DNA of 52,898 nucleotides from a virus (taxonomy: Duplodnaviria; Caudoviricetes): positions 1 through 52,898 of the IMG/VR virus record IMGVR_UViG_3300020468_000009; one strand, 5' to 3'. The notes under the pieces were generated by a model that worked only from the letters and a program-made list of their open reading frames with translations, was not told the DNA's origin and searched no databases. The first letter of the stretch is position 1. Each line of letters starts with the position of its first letter. Below, piece by piece: positions 28,764-36,513 of this stretch. Position numbers and translations under genes: made by a program.

Positions 28764-28972
28764 TATTCTTCTTCCAAACTATTTTTTAAATTTACCATGT
28801 CTTGCATATTTATATTATAGTCAGAAACAAACTTTTCTATCAACGCATCAATTTTAGATACATTGTGCTTTTTATTTATAAGTTTTGACCCACATGCTTC
28901 TGTTAGGTCTATTGCCCAAGATTTTAAATCTTCTGGTGTTTTAAATATATTTTGTTGATTCTTTATGGACAT
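28763..28972 (-). CDS. Hypothetical protein
   Basis: Strong RBS GGAGGTGG before ATG 28972; ends EEE with TAATG coupling. Confidence 0.6.
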   Translation of the reverse strand: MSIKNQQNIFKTPEDLKSWAIDLTEACGSKLINKKHNVSKIDALIEKFVSDYNINMQDMVNLKNSLEEE

Positions 28973-29003
28973 ATCCACCTCCTCTAAATATTTAAGACGT
29001 AAC

Positions 29004-29180
29004 TTATGTTACATCTTTTTCTTTTTTTTCTTCATGTTTTTTTTGGCTTTGTGATACATTAAGTTTCCCTCCGAATCGTTTGTTATATTCTGTACAGCCT
29101 AGATTACCACATTTTCTGTAGTCTGACTCAATCTTAAATGTAGTGTGACATTTCTTGCACGCCAACACTAATTTACTCAT
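29004..29180 (-). CDS. 58-aa zinc-ribbon protein (not in ORF track)
   Basis: MSKLVLACKKCHTTFKIESDYRKCGNLGCTEYNK...; ATGA overlap with the nuclease stop. Confidence 0.55.
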   Translation of the reverse strand: MSKLVLACKKCHTTFKIESDYRKCGNLGCTEYNKRFGGKLNVSQSQKKHEEKKEKDVT

Positions 29181-29710
29181 GCAATAAGTATCTCATCTAC
29201 AATATGGTAGCTAACTGTAATCTCCTTGACTATGTTCGTAGCTAATAAATCCTTTTTGGGGACTAGCATAGTTCGTGAAAAAAAATTTTTATTTTGGGCT
29301 TCTACAATTTTATATTTATTGTCGTACATCCAGTCTATAATGTAAGGCACTAACTCTTGTGGATTCCAGTAATATAAAGTCGAAGTTGGGTATTCCCAGT
29401 AAAATAAGAAATCTGCAAACGTTTTAAGTGCTGCCCCAATTTTCTTTTCTCCGTTGTCCTGGACAATCATTATCTCTAATGCAAAGTTGTCTGTATTTTT
29501 TATCTGTGTATCTGTTTTGACTTCAACGTATCTTGCACCTAATTCATTATTAATAATAAATAAATCTGCACCTTTCATTTGGTCATCGAATGTTACATCT
29601 CTACAAATAAACTGACGTTTGCCTTCATTGTCTGTTTGTGCTTCATAGTATTTTTTAACTAGGGTTTCCCCTTTTTTTCCTATTGCATTTTGTGTTTCGA
29701 AATCGAACAT
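29177..29710 (-). CDS. PD-(D/E)xK restriction-endonuclease-like nuclease
   Basis: GKKGE helix, GADLFI, YVEVKTD, NFALEI; RBS AGGAGG. Confidence 0.75.
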   Translation of the reverse strand: MFDFETQNAIGKKGETLVKKYYEAQTDNEGKRQFICRDVTFDDQMKGADLFIINNELGARYVEVKTDTQIKNTDNFALEIMIVQDNGEKKIGAALKTFADFLFYWEYPTSTLYYWNPQELVPYIIDWMYDNKYKIVEAQNKNFFSRTMLVPKKDLLATNIVKEITVSYHIVDEILIA

Positions 29711-29789
29711 AATCCTCCTGTAAATAACTTGTTTTATTCTAACATGCTGTTTATACTATCCACAACAAATAGTTTTTTTTAACTATAGA

Positions 29790-30111
29790 GTTACAGGTAA
29801 GAGCTATCGGACGGCAAAAAGCTGACTGCATCTTATGGATGGACTGGGATTACCACAAAGTCAGTACCCAAGGACTCTTGAAAGAAAAAAATTCAAAAAA
29901 TATGCATATATGTCCGCTATGCTCGAAAACACACTACACATTCCTACAGTAAATAATACGTGTTTTAACTATACATACTACAAAAACGTGTTAATATACT
30001 ACATAGGGAGACTGGTGTAGTCCTTGTTTGGTAATACCTGTAAGTAACCTGTAACAATAAACATCACGCAAGTGATGGTTCACAAACATCTTGCTGGTCT
30101 CCCACCTTTTT
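29790..30111 (+). ncRNA. Putative structured non-coding RNA of unknown family
   Basis: Multiple stems with plus-strand G-U wobbles, GCAA tetraloop hairpin at 30062-30077, terminal U-run, upstream TATACT at 29752-29757. Confidence 0.5.
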
Positions 30112-30652
30112 CAAAGTAAAAATTACCAGAAAATCCCGAGAACCTTACGTATATACATACCCCACCCCCTATGTTAAAACATAGGTCTGCCCTGTTAACG
30201 CACGGTGCATACCCCCCATTACTCTATAGTTACTCTGTAATCAAACGTTATGTCAATGAAAAGAAACGTAATACTCTAGGTACATACTGTAGTGTTTTGT
30301 ATAACAAATGGTAGCCCTATGCATTGAACCATACAAAGTACAATAAGCCTAGCTAACAGTACGTTATCCCAAGAAAACATTGTCCCCAAGACTGCATTAC
30401 AAAGCCAAGCACTCGTGCATGTCTTTGCCTATATATGCAGTCATTAACGGGGTACTACTACTAGTTCCCCCTACTGAAGTAGCTTTGCTACTTGGTCGGG
30501 GTGGACATCTAGCACATGTTTCCTATTAGTAAAGTATTTTTTCAAAATACCTAGCAATAAAAAAACGCTCACAAGCGTTTTCAATTATTGTTGACAAATA
30601 GGGACAGGTGCTCTTGTCCCCTTAGTAGTAGCTCAGTAGAAAGGATAAAACA

Positions 30653-31033
30653 ATGAGTAATTACGTAAATAAAGAAAAGAACTATGACCCGATTGGCTCG
30701 ACTGGATTCTTTGGCGTTAAACGCCTTAGTGTCCCGAGTAGAAAAGGACAAAGTTCTTTTTATCTTGTTAAGATGAATGACTTTTGGACTTCCAAAAGTA
30801 ATTCTCTTGGAACTGTTATCAATCAAGAGCCTTTAACAAACTATGATTGCATCATACAGTTTGAAGCTCTTGTGAATAACAAGAAGTTCCAACTTAACAA
30901 GAACGGAACAATGCCTAAAGAACTTGTATCCATGATGGGGACTAACGAACTCGCACGCGAATTCGAAGGAGTCCCATCATTAGACCAAATCAAAGAGATA
31001 AAATCTGGTTGGTCTAAAGGTCGTAAGGCATAG
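30653..31033 (+). CDS. Hypothetical early protein (first gene of the rightward arm)
   Basis: RBS AGAAAGGA; TTGACA at 30591-30596; own terminator. Confidence 0.75.
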   Translation: MSNYVNKEKNYDPIGSTGFFGVKRLSVPSRKGQSSFYLVKMNDFWTSKSNSLGTVINQEPLTNYDCIIQFEALVNNKKFQLNKNGTMPKELVSMMGTNELAREFEGVPSLDQIKEIKSGWSKGRKA

Positions 31034-31043
31034 TTCCTATGTT

Positions 31044-31086
31044 GTATAGCTCGGGGGGTTTATCCCCCCTTGCTATATATTTTTTT
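31044..31086 (+). terminator. Rho-independent terminator
   Basis: TATAGC..GGGGGG ttta TCCCCCC..GCTATA followed by a T-run. Confidence 0.7.
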
Positions 31087-31344
31087 GCATTCTGCAAAAA
31101 GTTCTAGCTAGTATCATACCAAAACCTACCCCCCATACAAGAAAGAGAACCCCATACAGACCCAGAAAATTTTTTTTTCTTTCGCATATGCAATGGGGAA
31201 CGGCTCTCTATACACGCGTGAAAGGGGATTGTCAAGTCTTCCCCATACATGAGGAAATTTGCAAAGCAAAAATTTTGGCGTAAGATTTTCGGCAAGACAT
31301 TTTTTGTTCTTAAATTTATTTATATTGTAGAAAGGAAATATATT

Positions 31345-31827
31345 ATGAGTAGAAAAAAGTATGTTCAGCATACGCCTAAGACAAAGAAAGCATTGACTAA
31401 GGTCATTGAGAGAAATGGTAAGTTAGTTCGTATCTATGTAGATACTGGATTACCTATCATCTCTAGTACGGCAGAGTATATGCTAGAAGTAGAGAATGCT
31501 ACTATACCACACACAGATTGTCGGTACTGTGGCAAATCTACAGACGCTATATCAAGCCTATGTTTTGAGTGTAGAGATTTGAACAAGGATTTAGAAATGA
31601 AGATGAAAAGAATTGCTAAGGTAACGAGAGAACAGATTAGAGAAGGAAGTGTTACTGAGACTGATAAAGGATTAGTACCTAAGAAGTTCGGGGTTACTGA
31701 TGGTAGTTGGAAACCATACAGAGATACTCCTGTTATGGAAGAAGATTATCGCACTTGCAGTCGTTGTTACATTGTCTTACCAATTAGCTTTGGTCGTAAA
31801 AGACTTTGTGAAGATTGCAGAAAATAA
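31345..31827 (+). CDS. Protein with two Cys4 zinc fingers
   Basis: CRYC..CFEC and CSRC..CEDC; start probably ATG 31345 with RBS AGAAAGGA. Confidence 0.7.
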   Translation: MSRKKYVQHTPKTKKALTKVIERNGKLVRIYVDTGLPIISSTAEYMLEVENATIPHTDCRYCGKSTDAISSLCFECRDLNKDLEMKMKRIAKVTREQIREGSVTETDKGLVPKKFGVTDGSWKPYRDTPVMEEDYRTCSRCYIVLPISFGRKRLCEDCRK

Positions 31828-31834
31828 AGCTAAG

Positions 31835-32230
31835 TAATTAGCTAGAGTACATAGCCTATACAAGTTAGCCCTTTGTTTACGGGGTTATGTACTCTGTGGT
31901 AATTATATTCATAGAGTGGATATGCCTTTCTACAACCCTGTAGACATACCAACTACTACTAGATATGTCCACTCTGTGAAGCTACCTACCATAAGACCAA
32001 AGGTAACGTTGCGTGTATTGTGGGCTTCATTTCCCACTCCTTTCTCAACGTTGCCTGTAGGTAGCTAGATACTCATACAGAACTATGTTCTCCCTTATAA
32101 AAAATGTTATTAGTCGTGTGGGTATCTAGCTATCTATTCCAAAAGATAGCAATCATGACAAGTTCGGTAATGGGCTAGTTAATTCAGTAGTGCCTCCTTA
32201 AGTGCTAAAGAAAAACTAGCCCTTGCCGAG
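31835..32230 (+). ncRNA. Tandem array of five long hairpins with anti-Shine-Dalgarno loops (putative antisense sRNA array)
   Basis: Five abutting hairpins with 13-21 bp of stem each; non-canonical stem pairs are mostly plus-strand G-U; loops contain CCCTTT, CCTTTCT, CTCCTTTCT, CTCCCTT, CCTCCTT. Confidence 0.65.
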
Positions 32231-32255
32231 AACCATAGAAAGAGAGAGATATATT

Positions 32256-32405
32256 ATGATATGTGATTTGTGTCATCAAGACACATACATGAAACTAATG
32301 ATAGAAGCAAACGTCAAAAGCTCTGTATATCACAGAGTTATGTGTCGTACTTGTGGCTATCAAACAGTTAAAAGAATGAATACAAAGAAAGGTGGTGTTT
32401 ATTAA
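32256..32405 (+). CDS. Small zinc-ribbon protein
   Basis: MICDLC...MCRTCG; start probably 32256. Confidence 0.65.
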   Translation: MICDLCHQDTYMKLMIEANVKSSVYHRVMCRTCGYQTVKRMNTKKGGVY

Positions 32406-32935
32406 TGCCCGTAGATAAAGTACCCAATGATGGAAAAGATGCTAGAGAATATAAAAAGCATGTTAGAAGTCTGGGTTTTGAGAACCATTTGCAGTATCGA
32501 CCTACAAGGTTGAAGACAATATATGGGGCTAATGTAGTACAGATTACTTCTAATGAAGAAAATGTATCTAAGCATAAGTTCTCTATTGAAGCTGCGAATT
32601 ATCCAGAAGCTATGACAAAGCTCTGGGAAACAATGATACAAACTGCTGTTGCAACACAGCTCAAAGCGATTGGCTCTTTGATGAAAGCGTTACTAAAAGA
32701 CCAAGACTTTGCAACTACAGAACAACTTGTAGAGAATGTTAGCGATATGCTAACTGATAGCGACTTTGCAGAAACGTTCTTTGATGCGTTGTATCATACG
32801 CAACCCGACATGATTGTCTTAGGTAATCCTGAGATTGTTGGCTCTATGCAAGTAGGAACTGTTGATGAAAGTCAAGCTAGTGATATTGTAGAGAAGCTAA
32901 TCAAAGATGTGTTGGGGGGTGATGAAGAAGAATGA
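32405..32935 (+). CDS. Hypothetical early protein
   Basis: 176-aa ORF, RBS AAAGGTGG, TAATG coupling. Confidence 0.7.
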   Translation: MPVDKVPNDGKDAREYKKHVRSLGFENHLQYRPTRLKTIYGANVVQITSNEENVSKHKFSIEAANYPEAMTKLWETMIQTAVATQLKAIGSLMKALLKDQDFATTEQLVENVSDMLTDSDFAETFFDALYHTQPDMIVLGNPEIVGSMQVGTVDESQASDIVEKLIKDVLGGDEEE

Positions 32936-33078
32936 TAGATATGCAATGTACTAAAGTTCTAAGCCACGAGAAAGAGTGGATTAAATGCGAAAGACCAATA
33001 AAGAATATTGGTTTCTGGAAACATGATGACCACATTTATAGACTTGCTTGTGAAGAACATAGGGAAGGAGGAAGTTAG
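32932..33078 (+). CDS. 48-aa Cys/His protein (not in ORF track)
   Basis: MIDMQCTKVLSHEKEWIKCERPIKNIGFWKHDDHIYRLACEEHREGGS; ATGA coupling. Confidence 0.55.
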   Translation: MIDMQCTKVLSHEKEWIKCERPIKNIGFWKHDDHIYRLACEEHREGGS

Positions 33079-33080
33079 TA

Positions 33081-33260
33081 ATGAATGAAGAAATTGTATC
33101 AATCAATGGCGACATTATAAGTGTTACTGTTGATGATGATTTGTATCTTAGAGTAAAACTCGGGATAACAGAGAAGTATCTTACTGAAGAACAGTTAGCA
33201 GAAGTCAATGATAGGACAGAGCAAGCTGTTACAGAGATACTTAGAAAGGAAGAAGAATGA
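33081..33260 (+). CDS. 59-aa acidic protein (not in ORF track)
   Basis: MNEEIVSINGDIISVTVDDDLYLRVKLG...EILRKEEE; RBS AAGGAGG. Confidence 0.65.
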   Translation: MNEEIVSINGDIISVTVDDDLYLRVKLGITEKYLTEEQLAEVNDRTEQAVTEILRKEEE

Positions 33261-33472
33261 CCGTATACGAGTACATTACTTCTATTAATAATAAGAAAAC
33301 AAATGAGCTAACTGTTGATTTTATCTTTGATATTGAGACTTCAAAGAGTTCTGCTATAGAACAAATTGATATGTTAGTTCAACTAGCCAATGATAATGAG
33401 AACATAAAGTTCTTAGCTCATGAGCCAAAGTTCTTTGAAAAGAGCAAGTGGTCGGAAGTAGAAGAAGAATGA
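33257..33472 (+). CDS. Hypothetical protein
   Basis: 71-aa ORF, RBS AGAAAGGA, ATGA coupling. Confidence 0.65.
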   Translation: MTVYEYITSINNKKTNELTVDFIFDIETSKSSAIEQIDMLVQLANDNENIKFLAHEPKFFEKSKWSEVEEE

Positions 33473-33612
33473 TATGTAAACATTGTAGTCAAGAAGTTAA
33501 TAAAGCAGTTGTGTCAATAGATGATATATTAGCACACCCTGATATAACTCTTGATGTAGATTATTGGTTAGAACAATCACATAAAGAAGAATGTAAAGGA
33601 GTAAAACTATGA
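33469..33612 (+). CDS. 47-aa CxxC...HxxxC protein (not in ORF track)
   Basis: MICKHCSQEV...WLEQSHKEECKGVKL; ATGA coupling at both ends. Confidence 0.6.
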   Translation: MICKHCSQEVNKAVVSIDDILAHPDITLDVDYWLEQSHKEECKGVKL

Positions 33613-34142
33613 CAGATGAAGATAGTGATATTAAAGAGTTGAGTGGGAAACTAACTAACTGTGCTATTACAGTAGATATACTTAGGTATCTCAATGACTT
33701 GGCTATTGATATGGAATACAACAGAAGTCTTAATCCAGAGTTTCTTGATGAGACTATGGATACAGAACTAGCTATGAAAATGGACTTAGTTGCTGATACT
33801 AGATTTCCTGTTGTTGTATTGATGGCTACACCTCACTACTACAAACAAGGAACAAGAACAGATATGCACGTAAGACTAATGCTTGATGTTGTTGTTAAAA
33901 GTAAAGTCGGTGCAAAACTAGATAAGGAATATGCAACAGTTACTATTGATGTTCCTTTGGAAGCAATTAATCATCTACCAAATATCCCAGAGATAAGGTG
34001 GATTGATACGGCTTCTACCGACAGAAAGAAATGGAAAGAAGTATGGGACAACGTTGATAAAGATAAGTTAAGTGAAAACTTTATCAAAGACTTTGAAACG
34101 TACTTAGATAATGAAAGGGAAGAAAGAGATGAAGAAGAATAA
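33609..34142 (+). CDS. Hypothetical acidic protein
   Basis: 177-aa ORF, RBS AAAGGAG. Confidence 0.7.
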   Translation: MTDEDSDIKELSGKLTNCAITVDILRYLNDLAIDMEYNRSLNPEFLDETMDTELAMKMDLVADTRFPVVVLMATPHYYKQGTRTDMHVRLMLDVVVKSKVGAKLDKEYATVTIDVPLEAINHLPNIPEIRWIDTASTDRKKWKEVWDNVDKDKLSENFIKDFETYLDNEREERDEEE

Positions 34143-34818
34143 TTGGGAATTGCTAGACCTAGTTATTGCTTGTTCGCCAAGAATACTTTTGTATGGTGTT
34201 GCTGGCACGGGCAAAACTTATCAAGCTAATACCCTGAAACTAAAGAAAAATCAAAAGAGCTACAATACTACACTTACGGCAGACAGCACGGCAAGTGAAT
34301 TGATGGGGCATTATATAGCTACTGACAAAGGTGGTTTTGTCTGGCAAGATGGTGTAGGTATTAAAGCTTGGAAAGAAGGTGCAAGACTTGTTATCAATGA
34401 GATAGACCATGCTGGTGTAGATGTTATGACATTCCTACATGCTCTATTAGATGACAAAGAGTTCGCAAAGTTTACTTTACCTAATGTAGATAAAGAAACT
34501 GTAAGACCAGACACAAACTTTCAAGTTATTGCAACTATGAATGGTGTGCCTGATGACTTACCAGAGCCACTTGCAGATAGATTTCCTATCAAGTTAGAGA
34601 TTGATGAAGTACATGAGAGTGCTTTGAACTCTCTACCTGATAAGTTGAAAGCTGTTTACTACGACTACAACAACGGACAGTACTCTGTTCGTAAGTGGAT
34701 TGCTTTCAAGCAGTTGCTAGATAGTGGTATTGATGAACAACAAGCGTGTGCAGTTGTATTCAAAGATGATGCCTATGATATTCTTGAAGCACTAGGTGTG
34801 CAAGATGTCATTATTTAG
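34129..34818 (+). CDS. MoxR/CobS-like AAA+ ATPase
   Basis: Walker A GVAGTGKT, Walker B LVINEID, FQVIATMN, LPEPLADRF, SVRKW. Confidence 0.88.
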   Translation: MKKNNWELLDLVIACSPRILLYGVAGTGKTYQANTLKLKKNQKSYNTTLTADSTASELMGHYIATDKGGFVWQDGVGIKAWKEGARLVINEIDHAGVDVMTFLHALLDDKEFAKFTLPNVDKETVRPDTNFQVIATMNGVPDDLPEPLADRFPIKLEIDEVHESALNSLPDKLKAVYYDYNNGQYSVRKWIAFKQLLDSGIDEQQACAVVFKDDAYDILEALGVQDVII

Positions 34819-36445
34819 TAATAGTGTAAAAGGCTCAATCAAAGTTAAAAGCCAAAAATTACTTCCTAACCTATCTCTTGTAGGTAATGAAGTTAGGAAA
34901 CATGAAGTTGTATATTCTACAACCCCATGGGAAGAAGAACTAAAAGACAGAAATGTAATTGCAGTTCCTAAATCTATGTTGAGTACTACAAGGAAAGACA
35001 GAGAGAATGTAATTAAGGCTCTTATATTGAAGCATAAGTTATTCAAAGGTTGGCGTTTCCGTAACAAGAACCCAGAGTATTTATATTATGCTTTATATCT
35101 TTGGTCGCTCAAAAGACATAAGCACTATCAAAGGGAAACTAGAAAGAAGTTACTTACGGAAGATGAAATCCGTAGTTTAACCTTCTTAGACCGAGATACA
35201 GAAGATAAAGATGAATTGTCTTATGAGCAGAAAAGATTGATTGAGCTAGTAAAAGATGTTGAGTTTCCTGTTATGGACGCGAAATTGTATGAGATTTCGC
35301 TAATGAGATTGATTGGAAACTTATATCGTACTAACAATGTTGATATGTTTATTAAGGAATACGTTAGAGAAAATATCTTTACAAAGTATTCTTACAAAGC
35401 AAACAACAGAGAGATAGTAGAAGTTGCAGTTCAAAGTAATATTGATGTACGTTTACCACAACATGTAGCGTTACAAGATAGAAGCTTTCTTAACATGCTA
35501 GTAGAATATTGCATGTACAAAGTGCAATCTACACAACGATATGCTATGAATACATACACGGGATATTGGGATTGGGACGAAGTAAAAAAGACATGGACAA
35601 GAAAAGAATATTGGAATAAATCTAAGGTAAGACATAGAATTAACAATATTTACAAATTGCTTGTTAAAAAGCCAATGTCTAATTCAATATCACAAGGTGG
35701 ATTACCTAGTGCAGATTATCAAGAAGTGCCAGAAGAAGATATGGTACTTAAATTACCACCAGAAATCAAAGGCAAACTTGCTGATGAAATTATGGAAGAT
35801 GCCGACAGAAAGCATAAGACTGCTTTTGATTGGTATCAAGGTAATGGTGTTCATGGTAATGCTATGTTGCACAAGTTCAATGGAACTAGGAAGATACACA
35901 AAGCTATTAGAGAGCTTAGGCGAAACAATAGTGATGTAGGTGTTGTACCTAGAAACATGCACAGAATGACTACCGACCGAAAAGTTTTCTCTACTAAGAG
36001 AAGCGTAGCAGGGGGTAGCATGCTGATAGATTGTTCTGGAAGTATGGGCTTAACAATGAGAGATGTTGAAGAAATTGTCAATAATTTACCAGCTAGTACT
36101 ATAGCTGGTTATGTTGGATTTCCACATGAAGTAAATGGTATTCATGGCGACATTCGTATCATTGCACAGAACGGCAGAATTAGTGATGAAGCTATGCAAG
36201 AATTACAAAATCATGGATACAACTCCATTGATAAAGAAGCTCTTGAATGGCTAGCTAAACAACCAGAGCCACGAATATGGGTAAGCGACCAACAAGTTGT
36301 TGGTGTTACCGAGAAAGGTGGACACCCTACTAATCTTACCAAACATGGTTTAGATGAAATTAAAAGTATTATGTTACAAAACAACATAATACCTATTGAA
36401 GATGAAGAACAAGTTAAGGCAGTAGCTAAGAAACTTGCCTTATAA
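34805..36445 (+). CDS. VWA-domain (CobT-like) partner of the AAA+ ATPase
   Basis: MIDAS LIDCSGSM, IWVSD; directly follows the MoxR-like ATPase. Confidence 0.75.
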   Translation: MSLFSNSVKGSIKVKSQKLLPNLSLVGNEVRKHEVVYSTTPWEEELKDRNVIAVPKSMLSTTRKDRENVIKALILKHKLFKGWRFRNKNPEYLYYALYLWSLKRHKHYQRETRKKLLTEDEIRSLTFLDRDTEDKDELSYEQKRLIELVKDVEFPVMDAKLYEISLMRLIGNLYRTNNVDMFIKEYVRENIFTKYSYKANNREIVEVAVQSNIDVRLPQHVALQDRSFLNMLVEYCMYKVQSTQRYAMNTYTGYWDWDEVKKTWTRKEYWNKSKVRHRINNIYKLLVKKPMSNSISQGGLPSADYQEVPEEDMVLKLPPEIKGKLADEIMEDADRKHKTAFDWYQGNGVHGNAMLHKFNGTRKIHKAIRELRRNNSDVGVVPRNMHRMTTDRKVFSTKRSVAGGSMLIDCSGSMGLTMRDVEEIVNNLPASTIAGYVGFPHEVNGIHGDIRIIAQNGRISDEAMQELQNHGYNSIDKEALEWLAKQPEPRIWVSDQQVVGVTEKGGHPTNLTKHGLDEIKSIMLQNNIIPIEDEEQVKAVAKKLAL

Positions 36446-36481
36446 TAATAGGCTATAACTCTCTTTCTAGTCTATTGAAAG

Positions 36482-36513
36482 ATAGCTCGGTGTAAAAGCC
36501 GAGCTATTTTTTT
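36482..36513 (+). terminator. Rho-independent terminator
   Basis: ATAGCTCGG tgtaaaag CCGAGCTAT followed by a T-run. Confidence 0.8.

Noticed and set aside
155-28857. Numerous short plus-strand ORFs opposite structural genes (e.g. 10466..10774, 26679..27092)
   Set aside because: Antisense shadows of long minus-strand genes, without RBS or motifs
29177-29710. Restriction-modification system or homing endonuclease
   Set aside because: No methyltransferase in the genome unit, no HNH/GIY-YIG/LAGLIDADG motif and no intron context
29835-30020. 61-aa plus-strand ORF
   Set aside because: No clear RBS or protein motif; sequence is better explained by RNA pairings
30006-30106. tRNA/tmRNA gene (GGGAGAC...GTCTCCC-ACC looks like an acceptor stem; GGTTCAC is T-loop-like)
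   Set aside because: No proper anticodon arm, T-arm not adjacent to the acceptor stem, no encoded CCA; kept only as part of the unclassified RNA
29790-30111. Group I intron or retron RNA
   Set aside because: Does not interrupt a gene, core P3-P7 elements could not be assembled, and there is no reverse transcriptase in the window
31835-32230. CRISPR array or run of terminators
   Set aside because: No repeated unit sequence and no cas genes; the hairpins lack U-tails and have large loops
34129-36445. Cobalamin biosynthesis auxiliary genes cobS/cobT
   Set aside because: No cobN or other cob genes; only the generic MoxR AAA+/VWA architecture is supported
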